The position numbers and the translations under genes are program-made. From the NCBI GenBank assembly GCA_003427395.1, contig BFEA01000034.1:662042-726041 (forward strand): a stretch of 64,000 bases of DNA. Direction: 5' to 3'. Within the stretch, counting starts at the first letter, position 1. Each line of letters starts with the position of its first letter. The notes under the pieces were generated by a model. That model was not told the origin of the DNA, made no database searches, and saw only the letters and a program-made list of their open reading frames with translations. The DNA comes from Chara braunii. Taxonomy: Eukaryota; Plantae; Charophyceae. Of the stretch, positions 38,317-52,596 are shown piece by piece.

Positions 38317-40002
38317 AGAATTGGCACACACCATTCCTCAGTCTGCTCTGCAGTTCTTTTCAAGACTCTCTGTTACTGGTTGGATATTCCCTGACCACAA
38401 GGATCTTAAGAGCTCCTTGTAAGCATTGGATGTCATGAGCAGTTGAGAACATAATATCAGGCACAGTCTAGCCTGGTTACCCGTGGCGCGCCCATAGGGA
38501 CGAGCATCTGCTTCTTACGGCTCATTGCAATCTGAGAGCTGGCAATGTGGTCAGCAGAATGCATGTACATAACACTACCAATGCTACTTGCCAAAGCCCA
38601 AGTTGACCAAAAATAGGCCATTGATTTCCATAAACGAAATGATAAGGATGCTTTCGAGGGGTGTCATTTTCCAATTTATTAGCCTAATTTATTGATTAGA
38701 CATGGCACTGTCCAAGAGGAACTGGGCCACCCACGATTTCATACACACAGCAACCTCTTGAGTGTACTGCTGAAGAACCTCATATTCATCAATTGAAAAA
38801 CGAAACCCCTCAAACAGTAAGAGGACCTGGCAAATCAACAGACCTCTTTCCAGTCCAGCTTGGAAGGGTATTTATTGATCATGTCCCATCCGCACAGAAG
38901 ACTCTAGGCATCGCTCAAGCAGATACCAACGGCCGAGATTGTGAATGCTTGACCCTCTTGGAGCGGAGAAAGGAAAAAGACATGATAAAGTGCAACACGC
39001 GTAGGGCCATACTAGAGGACGAGTGAATTAATCTGTTCTGGGAAAGGGAGGGGTTGGAGAATGAGCTGAGGGACGGGAAACAAAAGACCAGAGAGGATGA
39101 TTCTTTCCAATTGTGATACTAGGTTCCAAGAACCACATTGTTTGTTTCCCCCTCGCCCTGCAACAACTTCCAAACGTGCCCTAATAATTTAGGTCCCAGA
39201 ATCCAATTCTAGGGCTTTCCCTGGGCAATGTTAGAGCCACCACGCGCTCTGTCGAAAGTCCGATTCTTAGGAAGTCCTTTAAAGCACAGTGCTCACCCCA
39301 GTCTTTGACAAAAGGCCGCCGGTAAAGACTAGCCAACAGAAAGGGCTGGTGCCAACAGACGAATGGAGGATGACCACAGTCTGGATTTCTTTAACCGCCA
39401 GTACACGGCCCCAGCCTTGCTGAAAAGAAAACTGGTCGCCTAAGAACATTTTCGGAGACCCAGCCCCATCAATGAATTGAATCGGCGCCGGGCGGCCTCC
39501 GAAAAGGGCCTGCGGCCGACAGCTGGATGTACTGGGGGTTTAAGGGCAGCCAAAATCAGCATTCAGACTGAGAACAACTAGAGTTTTAATGGAAACCACG
39601 TGACATGACCTCCAAACGGCTCAGTCTGAACAATCAGGACTCCTGTCATGTGGGGCACAGTCCATAGCTGCAACATTCCTAAGAAGATCAGCATCACAAC
39701 TACTATCCTCCAACCAAAATTGAAAGAAATGAAGGATACTTTCTTTCAAAGCCCTAGTTAGGAAATAGGATTCAATACAACGACAGAGAGCGTTTGCCTC
39801 TCCCGGTCAATGCAGACCCTTCTTCAAGCTGCAGAACACCACAACTCTCTTTCCAAACTTCACATCTTCACCCGTAGCCTCAACATTCACATGAGTTCAG
39901 ATTCGATAACATCCAATTTGCACATGATCTCCATGATAACACCCAATTTGAGCATAATCTCCCTTGCTGATTCAGCAATTGTGTTTTAAAAACTGATATT
40001 AA

Positions 40003-40248
40003 ACCACGAGTACCTGCCCGTTGTTAAGGCCCGCGGCTCAGCCTACCAGTATCCCGAACCTTGCAGAGCCTCGAGCTACCGGCAGGTACACGTCAAAAGA
40101 AAACAAAAACAAAAAAAAAGACTTCTGCCTTCATTTTGCACTTTCTATCTTTGGGTCGCGGGGAGAGAGAGAGAGAGAGAGAGAGAGGGCGCTCTGCGTG
40201 GAAGATTCATTCTCATTTTGGGCATTCGTGTAGAGAGAGAGAGAGAGA

Positions 40249-40295
<47 letters not shown>

Positions 40296-40316
40296 TGGGC
40301 TGCGCCAAACTCCCCT

Positions 40317-40358
<42 letters not shown>

Positions 40359-40502
40359 CCCTCCTTATTAAGCGCGCCCGCGAATTCGCAAAAGGAGAAT
40401 GGATCTCCCCGTGGAAGCAGGGAGATTCATTCGACATTTCGCGCGTGTACCACAGAGAGAGAGAGAGAGAGTCGGCGAAATGGGCTGCGCCAAACTCGCC
40501 TG

Positions 40503-40539
<37 letters not shown>

Positions 40540-40838
40540 GTCTCTTATACACATCTAGATGTGTATAAGAGACAGCTCTCTCTCCGCCCCTTTCTCTCTT
40601 TCTCTCTCCCCCTCTCCCTCCCCCCCCTTCTGCCCTGCGCATGAAGTCGACGACGGTCACGAACTTGCCGCTCGTTTTTTTTTTTGGGTAGAATAAAAGA
40701 TTATCTTTTTTATTTTTTTGCGATTTTCTTTTTCTTCTGAAAATTGCACCGACCGGCCGTTGGTTTCCCCGACCCCTGAAAGTCGAGGCGAGTAAACGGC
40801 CGCGACATTGTTTTACAGCAGGGCGAGGTACTGGTGGT
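40003..40838. mobile_element. Non-autonomous TTAA-targeting DNA element
   Basis: TTAA|ACCACGAGTACCTGCCC ... GGGCGAGGTACTGGTGGT|TTAA. The interior contains an adapter artefact. Confidence 0.8.
40538..40575. other. Nextera mate-pair junction adapter (artefact)
   Basis: Exact 38-bp double mosaic end, embedded in (CT)n. Confidence 0.97.
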
Positions 40839-40847
40839 TTAAAAAGG

Positions 40848-41165
40848 TATGAGAAGTGGCAGTGCTACCTTGAGGATTGAGATCCATCTAATATGGTGAA
40901 ACAATTCGCTACCACAAGGGAATACTGCAAGAGCCCACGTCCCCAGCTCACATATATACGCAACGCAGTGGAAGTTCAGGGCATTGGAGTCTTGCTGATT
41001 CAGATGTATTAAAAAACAGTAAATACATATGAGAAATGGCAGCATGCCGAAGGGCTCAGAGATCCAACCAACATGGTGACAACATTGGCTACCACATGGG
41101 AGTACTGCGAAAGCCGATGTCCCTAGCTCACAAATCTTATGCAATGCAGTGTAAGTTCAGGGCAT
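40848..41165. repeat. Diverged tandem duplication, 180-bp period
   Basis: TATGAGAA.TGGCAG...GAGATCCA...GCTACCACA.GGGA.TACTGC...AAGTTCAGGGCAT at 40848 and 41028. Confidence 0.7.
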
Positions 41166-41457
41166 CACAAGTATGGCGAAGTGACAATAATAGCAAAAAA
41201 GTTTGTTCTTCTTTCAGTAAATGGAGGCTACTCTGTAGCAATTGCAGGTCTTAAAACGCCGTAAAGTTTTTCATGGTCAATTGAGAATGTTCTCAATCTT
41301 CAAAATGAATCCAAAATTTTTCAATACCGTAGTCAAAGAAATTGACAAACAATCACGAAAAAGAAAACAAAGAGTATCAAAGCAAATGCCTCAATTAGAT
41401 CAATTTACATATTTCATGCAGTTCCTTTGGTTGTGTATAACATAACGGTTCACTTAC

Positions 41458-41555
41458 CCTTTTGCTCTCATCCATGTCCGCCTTATTACCAATCAAGATC
41501 TTATTCACCGTGTCCGATGCATGCTGCTCAATGTTGCGTATCCAATTTCGAATAT
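41458..41555 (-). CDS. RABE1: RabE/Rab8-family small GTPase, internal exon (G4 NKxD box)
   Basis: tag|(N)[32 protein letters not shown]|gtaagt; 98 nt, phase 1/0. The ORF track misses it. Confidence 0.95.
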
Positions 41556-42604
41556 CTATCCATGGTTGTTAAGGAGAGGTTACAGATACCAAGCTATAAC
41601 ACCATGGTTAGTGAAAGGCACTCCAAAATCATTTCTTGTCGAAGACCACTCTCAAAACACAAAGCCCTTCACTCAGTGATTGCGCAAGAGACGACGTCAT
41701 CCTTTCAATAAAATTAAAATAATGGCAACAGCACCAAAAGACAGCAGGACAGTTCCTTTGGACAGATCTCCACACTAGCAGCGTCTTTGTTTTTTTTTTT
41801 TTGTTTTTTTTTTTTTTACAAGAAAACAACCCAAGATGATGCTAGGGGTGCTGATAGGAGCAGACACCACTAGCAGTCTCGGGAGGGCTCCATCTATTGG
41901 TGGGGAGCAACACCTGCTGGAAAGCGGGTCCAGCATCCCGGATCGTTGTAATCGAATGTTTGAACTGTTGTAAACGCACGGGCACGCGGTGATGGGCAGC
42001 ATTGATTGCCACCGAGTGAGGGGATTGACTGCCCATCAAACCCTAGGACCCTTACCTTGCCGTAATCAACTACTATACTGATACAGTAAGAAGGGGAAAG
42101 ATCCGGACAAGGTTTGGTTTCTACTTCTGCAATTTTCTACCCAGTGTTGCCAGCGCATGTGTCTCCCCTATAACAGTAATAAACAAAACCCTCTCAAGAG
42201 GGGAGAACACCAATTCAAATAGAGAAAAGTTAGAAAACGAAATTACAGGAGGACGAAAGAGAAGCAAAAGTCAGATTAGACACCTACTCTTCCGCCCTCT
42301 CCACATGGCCGGGACCAAGCGACATGCCCTAGGAACAACCAACAAACCCTAGTGACATATGCAACAGCACCTCTCCCCAGCCCGCCACATGGCAGATACT
42401 TGTGTTCATTATGATTGGTGTGCCCATCAAAATTCGTAATCAGCAAACGTCGATCGAAACAAAACACGCGAAGATGTGACAATATTACCTGTCGACAAAA
42501 ACCAGCTGGAGGTCCTATCCCTACCCCACTCCTTCACACCACCACAGTGCACCTTTCCACACCCCCCATTCAATAAGCGGCGGCCAGAACAGAGAAGAGA
42601 AGCG

Positions 42605-42765
42605 GGCAAGAGGAGAAAAGAGTCGTCGCCCATCCCCCGATGCACTCACTGCGTTATTGTTAATGTCGATTTCGCCTGTCGCCCTGTCGATGGCAAGAGG
42701 AGAAAAGAGTTGTCGCCCATCCCCCGACGCACACTGCGTTATTGTTGATGTCAATGATTCGGCCA
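42605..42765. repeat. ~86-bp tandem duplication
   Basis: Two copies of GGCAAGAGGAGAAAAGAGT.GTCGCCCATCCCCCGA.GCAC...CTGCGTTATTGTT.ATGTC. Confidence 0.7.
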
Positions 42766-45700
42766 TTGCTGTTATCGTTGTAATTGCTGTTATTATTGTC
42801 GTTGCCGCCATCAGTATTGTTGTTGTTGTTGTTGTAGATGATGGTACCGCCGATCATCTTTGTTAATTCTTCAACTCGACTGGGATAATGTACGCATATT
42901 GTTGTAGATGATGTACGCATATTGCACATGTGATATACCCAATATTATGCGCGATACATGCTCATGCATTCTGGTAGGAATATGCATGCGCATCAAGCTG
43001 CAACGCTCCCCATTAGCTCGAGACCTCACCTCCATTAGTCTTTGAGTCTTTCAAGCCCCTGCTGGCTCGACGGAACTATGTGCAAGCCAGAAATCAGCAC
43101 TGGAAAAAAGAGGTTCGTGTAATAACCCCCAAAATTGCAGAACGACAATCCTGTGTTTTCTGAGTTTTTACCATTGTTCTGTGCTTCTCCGAGTTTTTGC
43201 TGTTGTTCTGTTTTTCTGCTGGGAATTCCTGCTGTCCAAGTCTGTTCCTGGTGAGGCAATTGCGTGTCTTTTCGTATGTCCAAGTACTTCGTATATGGGT
43301 GACCAATAATGATGGCCTGGGTGTTGGTTTTCCCCTCACAGGCCCAGTACCAACCCCTGTTACCGTGTCGTTGGCCTGCCCAGCTGGTGCAGGGCTGGTA
43401 GACTACAGTAGACTAGGGATAGGTAGGCCCAAGCGGCCAATATCAAGTAGCATCCAGAGAAAAGGACAAAAAGGTGGTATAGGCCCAGAGGAGAAGTCTA
43501 GAAGATAGATACCGGCCTGGATGAAGTCTGAAAAGACTCTAGACCCAGAGGAGAAGTCTAGAAGATCCCGGTCCAGGTCCTGTAGTATGATATTGGCCTG
43601 CAATGATTTTCTCGCCAAAATGTGCAGAAACCGGTAGGGCCTAGAGGCCCAGTATCTGGTAAAGTCAACGGACAGTTAGGCAGTTGCCAAGCTATATCGT
43701 AAGGAGCTCCTCATTTGCAAAAGTGCACGGCAGTGGTAGAGGTGCCACCCATCCTGGGTATGATGTTTGAGCCAGGGCAAGCAGGGGGAGAAATCAGACA
43801 TTCTATTCGAGGTACTTCAGGTCTTGCATGACGCTCCCATGCGAGACACGATCGGCCTGTGTCGAAAAATTTTGCTAGGCCGAGTGAGACAGGGGGCACT
43901 CTGTTTTTTCTGTGGGAGGCCTGTCCGCAGGTGTTTTTTTTTGGGGTGTGAGTTTTCGTGGTCACGTGGTGCTGTTTCTTATTTTTTTTTCAGGGGGGGG
44001 GGGGGGGGGTCGCTTCTGATTCTGTTTTGCCATCTTTCTCAAAAACGCTTACTTGTTTGTGGGGGGCCTGTCCGCAGCCCGTTCGTGGTTCTTCCAAATA
44101 AGAAGTGCATAGCAGCCGATTCGGATGGAAAGAAGTCACAGTGGTACACAGTACTACACACCCCAAAATCAAGCCACAACTAGTCTGAAGAGCGATGCGG
44201 GCACAGGTGATGAATCAAGTGCAGGCCACTCGACATGACTCCCAAATCAGTATATACCACTGGGAACGACTCCCAAATCTACATGAGCAAAGCAAGCTCT
44301 GCAACAGCTGGCCGGGAGGCAGGGATGCCCTAGCAACGCAATGCACAGAAGGCTGGGCAAATATCAGCCCTTTAGTGAAAGGTCAACCTTCCTATCCACC
44401 CTGAGCTGAAGAAATGAGTGTTGTGAAAGGGAAATAGCTATTACAAATATAGCCACCAAGGAGCACAAATATGCTACCCTAGAAGGTGACAAGGGCAAAT
44501 CAATACACCACGAGAGATTGAGATGGATCGCAAAATTGAATACGGGGGATGGTAGTATGCCAATGCCACAGCCGGTAAAGGAGGGCCACAATGAGCAGAA
44601 GTGGTGGATGGCAGACTCCTCCATAGCAAAGCACTGGATGGCAACATCCATCACAGCAGGTAGAAGTTTCCACCTCCTGGGAGGAGACGGTATCCCGCAC
44701 ACCCAAGGACACGGCAAAGAGGCGTGCGTGCAAAGCAGCCTCCCTTCCCCCTCACAGACCAACCAACAAAGAACGACTCAACCACGCGCTCATTCCCTAG
44801 AAGGCAAAGGTCTCATGGGGATAATCGTGAAGGTGGAGGGAGAACTGACACATATCAAGAGACTTGAGAGAGAATTATTACTCGTTATTGTATTACATCA
44901 ACCCAAACACTGGTTCAGACATGAGTGGACCCCATAATCAAATACAAGCCAGTGGTTGAAAGACTAGGCCAGCCAGATTGATCCACCGCAACATGCACAG
45001 AGCAAACGGTCCATCGTCTCAAGCATCCAGCTCCAAAACCTCTCCATCACCCCACTTGATCATATCAGCTCACCGGATCATGTTCAAGATTCTACAGTCT
45101 ATCACAGGGACCTCTTCACCGCACTTAGTGCCAATCGGCAAATGAGGACTTTTCTGAAGGATGTGCAATCAGACTTGTCTTCTTCGGCACAGCATGCATG
45201 CAAACAGATGACGAACAGACTCTGGCGCTTAGCACCCACACAAAGCTCAGAGATAACATGGCCGGGGACACGACTCAGATTCAAACTTGTCTGAATGCAA
45301 TGGCGCAGAGTGCCAGACAAAGATTCCCAACAGATCAACTATATCCTTCAGCAACTTGTTTGCACACACACACTCTCACTCTAGGATCACCCTGGACGTC
45401 CCACACACACTGCACACACATACGCTAACCTTCTAACTGGCAGCTATGGCTGCCGTCTACCTCCTACCACTAACTGGCTGCTATGGCCACGTCTGCCTCC
45501 TTTTAGCCCTCTTCCTCTCCAGGCACCTGCAGACCTTCATACACAAGACACTCAGACAGGCAGAATGAATGAATGACTTGATGGTGCCTCTTTATTTATA
45601 CTTTGGATAGTCAGGTCTGCCATTTGACCCTAAGCCCGGATGTGCACAGTCCCACATGCTACTTGCTGACTAGACAAAGTGCACCTCGGAACTGGGTACC

Positions 45701-48042
45701 GCTGACTAGGATAGGTAGGACTAGGACTGCCCTTTGCTGACTGCGCTAGGACTGTCCACTGCTGACTCAGACGCGGACTGACTCTAGGACTCACAAAAGG
45801 CCATTTCCGGAAGTTTCGGAAAGATCGTAGGCTTCACCTTTCGGGACTGTGGCCGATACGACCTATACTACTACTACGACCTCTAAAACTTAGGCCTAGA
45901 GTTCAAGACCCGGCACTACATACAACTGAACGTACGACTTTCAGAACACAGGTCGCGGGTTCAAACACACACTGGTCAACCGGTACTATACATGGATGAA
46001 GGGGAGGTCTAGAGATCGAGCCCTGGGTACTGCATCTGCTATCGTAATAGGCGAAAACCGTTTCAGATGCTTCTCCGCATGCTATCAGTTAATCTACCTT
46101 CACATAACTTCAAAAATAACATGAAGCAAAGGAGTCATCAAAGCGCATTTTACAGCAAAATACAAGTGCAGGGTTCAATCATTGAAGAGCACATCACATC
46201 CACATTCCGTCCATAGCAGTGATCTCTTCACCACCCGTCCAACAGACCCTGCACTGTAGATTTTTATCATTTACGACTACCGGGCCAAAAGCTACGGTGC
46301 CGCTACAGTGCCCACGCCCGGTAGACGTCCGCTGGGAAAGGGCTGACAGGCCCTTTCAAAATCTACAATGCAGCAGACAATCCAATACATACGCGGGCAG
46401 CGCATGTGAAAATGCACTGCCTGCCCACGCAGAGCCTCAATTCCATATCGGCACAGCAAAGGGAAAAAGAAAAGATATGACCAAAAAAAAAAAAAGATCG
46501 GACAGGACCCCACCCTCTTGCCGTGAGAAGCGGGGAGGACACTACAAAAGACAAAAACACATGGCAGTGTACCTTTCCATCTTCCAGAAGAAGATTCATT
46601 CTCATTTTGTCGTTTGGCGAGTGGTTGAGCAAGGCCCTTTCTCTTGGTTTTCTTTTTCCTTTTTCTTTTGTTTCCTTCTAAAACTGGCTGCAACAACATC
46701 GTCAAACTGATAGTAAAACGTTGGAATACTTTCCATGTTCGAGGGGAAGATTCATTCTCATTTCGCTCACCTGGCCTTTACATTTCGACCACTCTAGAAG
46801 TCATTTTCTCAGATATGTCGTACCTGAACACATTTTTTGGGCCCAAGCTGCCCCGTCTTTTTCTATCCTTTACCTGGCCCTGATTTGAGGACTTCTGGGT
46901 TGCACATCCCCTTTTCTATCCTTATACCACATCCTGATCTGAGCACCTTTAGGTCACGATTCTTAGTAAGCAACGCCACGTACTTCATAATTTCTTCTAC
47001 TGTCGACAAAGTCATGGTTCGCCAGTTCTCAGATGTGGATCCTTGTTTCGCTAAAAACTCCCGAGTAAACTAAGGCAGGACATAGTTAAGAAGGTAGGTT
47101 CAAAGCTCAAGAAATCACCATAAGGCAAACGACCAAGCTCAGCAGACGAACAAACGAGTGCAGCAACTACAGCAACTACTAAAGCACTACATTACTGGGA
47201 TTACCCCTGATCAGCTAGATATACGTAAAGCTGTGCGATAATTCCAAACACCATCTGCATCTACGATAGAAACCTTGTACTCCTCTGGACTTCCTATTTC
47301 CAGCTCCTAAGCTGCAGTCTGCCTATGACAGTAGAAAAGACACTAGAAAACATACAAAGATTTCAAATGCCTATGATAGGAACAGAAAAAGCAGTATAAA
47401 TGGGTGCCGACACTCCGGGTAGGTGATAGTGCATGGGTTCAAGTCATCTGAGTTCACACTGACACAAGACATCACGTGACCTGACACTACAATATTTTTG
47501 CAGGGGATGATACTGATGGGTTGACAGTACAATATTTTTAAAGGGGATGATCCTGACGGCCCATCATACTGATTGATGTTCCCCTCCCCATCTCCGCACT
47601 GCTTTCTTCCTGCATCCCAATTCTTTCCATCCTCTCGCGGATATCAGTTTCCTTCTCCACCATCCATGCCGCGCCCAACCATGGACGGTTACGTTGAGAT
47701 TGGCGTGATTCTGGAGCACAAGGTCTTAACAGTGCAAAACCAGCGGAGCCACAAATGCAGTATGGAGCACCCGTAAGAGGCCATCTTGGTGCAAGTAAAG
47801 ATTGGTGGTTCCAGAGAACAGTTAATGAGGTCTTCATCTCAAGTGGTTCTACAGTACGAGAGGGCTCCGAAAGGGAAGGAACGGGGAATAAAAGTGTTCT
47901 TAGAGTGCTATCACACCTAAGGGGATGGGAGTGTAAGGGTCCAAGCCTCAGTGTGCCTCATAGTCACGGCCCATCAAGGACAGCCACACCAAGTTCAGTG
48001 CAGGCAAGCCTGACGGCAGAATCATGGGCCGGGGAACAGGTG

Positions 48043-48270
48043 CCATCCCCTGTAACTAATCGGCAGACCCGACCTCTAGTTGGTAAAAACAGCTGCAACC
48101 CATCCCCTGTAACTGATCAGCAGGCCCGACCTCTAGTTGGTAAAAACAACTGCGACCCATCCCCTGTAACTAATCGGCAGGCCCGACCTCTAGTTGGTAA
48201 AAACAACTGCGACCCATCCCCTGTAACTAATCGGCAGGCCCGACCTCTAGTTGGTAAAAACAACTGCGAC
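48043..48270. repeat. 57-bp minisatellite, 4 copies
   Basis: CCATCCCCTGTAACTAATCGGCAGGCCCGACCTCTAGTTGGTAAAAACAACTGCGAC x4. Confidence 0.9.
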
Positions 48271-49399
48271 CAAACTCTATCCAATAGGCAGCAAGAACTG
48301 TCTGTCGGGACCACCAGACCTTGGCCCCCAAAACAGACAAGAGGAGGGTCGCTGCTGTGGTAAGAACACTTGGGGATTTGGCAGCTTGCAGCAGCACTGC
48401 ACAGCACATTGCAGCCAGAGAGCACCCGAGCAGGAGCAGCTGCCGTGGCTGCCAGGTTAGTGTCAGCCATATCTGGGCAGCAGGGTGGCGGTCAGGAAGG
48501 CAAAGAAGACAGAGGGAACTGGCAGGTCTTCCTTGGTGTCGATGGAGGAAGATTACATGAGCAGAGCCTTCAAGTAGCGTCCAACGAGTGACACATGGAC
48601 AAAGAAAGTGTGTGGTTGCGGGTAGTAAGTACTCTGACGAGTGACACATGGACAAAGAGAGAGTGCGGTTGCAGACTAGTATGTTTGGAGGTAATAAGAA
48701 ACAGAGTAATGCAGACAGATTGTATTGATTATTGGGAGCAAGAAGTGGGCATTTCTTTGTCAACAGACATCAGTGTTATGTTTTACCTAATTGATGTGCT
48801 TTCAGCATGGGTACTCTGATTTCAACTCGGTTCAATCATGCTTGTTCTTCTATGAGCTGTTGCATCCTCAGAAATTGTTCTCATGGAATGGTTCCTTGCA
48901 CTCCTGTAAATCACAAAGTATAGGGTCTCTTCCCCGCTGTCCCAGGCTGCTCAACAACTTTATAAGTCTGGTCATTGGTGCTTCTGTCTCACCTTCCCAG
49001 AAATGCAAGAGCTCCACTCCTGACTTTACACTTTCCTCCCTGCCTTTACATTCCTCTCCTCGACTTAGATTTGAATGACAATGCACTGTGCAAATTCAAA
49101 GATGGCGGCCACCTCTGATTGTAAAACTGCTCAGCGTAGGTAGCTCGTCAAGTAATGCACTGTACACAGGCATAAGCACATATAGTTTCAGCCCCAAAAA
49201 CCTATATTGAGCTATGAAAATGAGCCTTACTATTTGATTCCTTGCCACTCTAATCCATCATGCATGCACGCAGATCTCTTGATTCCACCGATGTAGGCTG
49301 ATTTACACAAGAATTTGAGTTCTCGAAAAATTCACGCTCATACATACTACATCCCCACACCGTCTAAAAGCTACAATCACTAATCAGTAAGATCCTTGT

Positions 49400-50650
49400 G
49401 AATTTATCGTCCTGCATGAGACACTTGGCCCACATGACCTAAAATCCTCCGGAGTTCCTGGATCTTTCCGGGACTTGCTGATGGGTCTGTCGCAGAAGCC
49501 TTTTGCGGTGGTACTGGATTCTCCCTTGGCAGTTTGTTCAAAAGCCACCACTGCTCCATTCTTGACTGAAGGCCCATACCATTGTCCACTTTCTTACGTA
49601 GAGAAATCACACCTTCTATATTACCTCGTAATCCAAGCCCAAGGTGCAATCATGTATCTTCAATAAAACGTGCTTGCACCCCTGGACCATATCGGCTACA
49701 CCCCTGTAACGTAGATTGCAAGTTGTCATGGGTTTCAACCGGGATTTTTATTTTCGTCCCCAGTCCCTTTCGCTGGCTCATTCCAGGAGTTCTCTTGTTG
49801 GTTAACCGTGGCACAGTGGACTTCAAATCTTCTTCTACCCTCGACTCTCGTTCCATCTTGTCTGCACCTGGATGTAGCTCCTCAGTCCTTTCCCAAAGAT
49901 CCTCGACCTCTTCATCCATAGAAACGGCTTCCGCAGGTGCCAAAGCCACTTCACACTTCTCAGGCCGCGACCCAAACTTCAGCCTATCTCCTCTTATATC
50001 GCACCCCTTCACCCAGCCATCTGTAAGTCAACAATTCTAGCAGTTCTCAACTCATTCTCTTCCTCGTATTGAACCTTACGTTCTCATCTCTATTGTCTCT
50101 TCTCTTTTTTCAATTGTGCCTCCATTTCCTTCCTCGCGCACACTTCCTTCTCTCTATTGTCTCTTCTCTTTTTTCAATTGTGCCTCCATTTCCTTCCTCT
50201 TCCCTAGCTAGTGGTAGGGGCATTAGTTGGCCGACGGCACTGAAAGACCCACCCACTTCAAGTCTCGAGAGTGAGGCCTTCCACTGAGGATGATCTTCTG
50301 TCTACTCCCAAGATTCACAATCTGGCAAAGCGGACCATCATCGAACTTCAACATCTTTAGTCAGCCGGCTGCTTTGGTGAGGATGATCTTCTTTCTACTC
50401 CCAACATTCACAATTTGGCGAAGCGGACCGTCATCGAACTTCGACATTGTGCTTCAAAGTTCCACCCTGACCTGATCTAGGATGACAGATTTTGCACTTC
50501 CCCTCTTTGGTCAGTCTGCTGCTTTCGATAACACCACCATTTGGATAGGTGGTGGCAAGCTCCCCCGCAACCATAACAGGCAGGCGGAACTCTTCTTACT
50601 GGCAGATTCGGCAGCTCATTCCACGCAGCCTGTTGATTAGCTCCTAACCT
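49400..50650 (-). pseudogene. Decayed retroelement ORF1/gag-like relic
   Basis: E/K/R-rich ORF fragments (49650-50012) downstream of a degenerate knuckle-like CYGCGG..H near 50560. Family not assignable. Confidence 0.3.
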
Positions 50651-51331
50651 CGTGGGTACTTTCTCAGCACCTTCAACAACATATACATAGCAAACTTGAA
50701 ATCGACATCTCTTTCACCGTCTTCGAACAACTCTTCCAATCCTGACCACCTTATTGGAATAAGCCCCTCAACACATTACCAAATGCGGTGTCACGTAGCT
50801 GACACAGTGACACAGCACATTGTAGTACAATCACTGCATCAGCAGCCTATGACAAAACAAAAGTCAGACGTTCAATTCCGGATGTGAGACGCACACTGCC
50901 AATGACAGCTTCCTGAAGACATTGGTGGCACTCAGCATGTTTTTGGCATGGCAAAACGAAGCAGACGCGTTGTTTTTTGCATGGGCAGACAAGTTTTTTG
51001 CATGGCGAAATGAAGCAGACTCGTGCTCGCAGTTACTTGAAAAAGGCATGTCATTGCTGCTACTATGCATCTGGAAGCTAATAAGCGGGTCAAGAGACAG
51101 ATCACAGCTATTTAGGCAAGGCATGCCCGGTCATTACAACAGATGAAGACAGCTACTGCAGACAGGTCGCAGTTAATTAAACCACCCTCTACCTGCCTTT
51201 AGAAATTTGGGGCAGTACACCATTTTTCCAAATAGGCATGTCGACTACCGGAAGCTGTGTGTGGGGCCCGGCCTTGGTCCCACAGTGGCAAAAATACAAA
51301 TATGCCAAATCGCCGATTATTTACCTGTTAA

Positions 51332-52553
51332 CAGGGTTACCCCGACGGTCGGCGACCCTTGACTGGTCGGCCGCCAACCCGCCAACCGATCGGCTGGTCG
51401 GCACCTAGCAGTCGGGGATCATCCGCACCCCGCACTTTTTTTTTTTTTTTTTTTTTGGGATCCAGAACCCCTAATAACCCCAACCACACCCCCATAGCGG
51501 CCCCCAATACCCGCGTACACCAACCTAACACTCCCGAACCGCCCCCAACATCCTTATTAACCCCCCTAATATCCCCTATATCACCCCTATACTCCGCCTA
51601 TTACTCCAACCCATACCTGCGGCGTATCGCGTGCGCACGAGCTCCGCACGTGCGGCGCATAACACACGTGTAAGCATGCACGCGCACGTGATGCGATGCA
51701 CCCCACTAAATAGGATATAAAAAAAAAAATTGAAGAAGGCTGGCTGCGGTAGCAATGGCGCAGCAGTACATATGCAGTACATACGCACCCCACTAAATAG
51801 GATATAAAAATAGGGCCCACGTATTCCTTGTTTGAATAGTCTTTTTCGCAGAGGACCCCAGCAGTACATATGCAAGGGTCCCAACATCTCAAGAGATGTT
51901 CAGCAAATGTCGTATAGAAGAAAAGCAGGCCAGCAATATATGCTCTGGATCCGAAGTCAGGTCCGCTTTCGAGCAGTTTTGGGTTACAAGTTACAGCTAC
52001 TTACTACTGTAGCTCTCTCTTTCTTTCGTTTCTTTTTTCCTACGAGCAGTGGCCCTAAGGGACTTGCTCCACTCGTCACCAGCACAAAAGACAAAACATA
52101 TGCAGCGTATGTGTTCCATGTTCTAACAGAAGATTCATTCCTCTTTCTTTTGTTTCCTTTTCCCACGACAAGTGGCCCTAAGGGCCTTGGTTCACTCGTC
52201 ACCACTTGCACAAAAGACAAAACATATGGTGGCGTACAGTTCCATGTTCTAGCAGAAGATTCATTCTAGTTTTGCACATTTTTAGTGGAGGGAAGCCCTG
52301 AATTGCACGTGGCGAGTTGGCCTGCTATTGCCCTGAAACTCGCGTGCTCAGTGGTCCCATAACTGCTGAAACACGGACCTTAAAGTGAATCAACAGCATA
52401 TATACTTGGTGTGCCATACTTTCAGCATGGCTATCGAGTCTATGACTACTACCTCGTTCATAGCAACATGGCCCTTGCTGATTGTGTGCGGGGCCCTCTC
52501 GGATATCCCGCAGGGGGGTTGAAATAAATATTAATAAGGAGCTACTTGTTTAC

Positions 52554-52596
<43 letters not shown>

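Noticed and set aside
42999-46034. Large solo LTR or TIR element (TGCAACGC...GGGTACTGCA; GATCGAGCCCTGG shared with the LTR B terminus)
   Set aside because: No matching TSD and no second copy in the window, so the boundaries cannot be supported.
48043-48270. CRISPR-like array (also considered for 23404-23695 and 11964-12107)
   Set aside because: Head-to-tail tandem units with no unique spacers, no cas genes, and a eukaryotic context.
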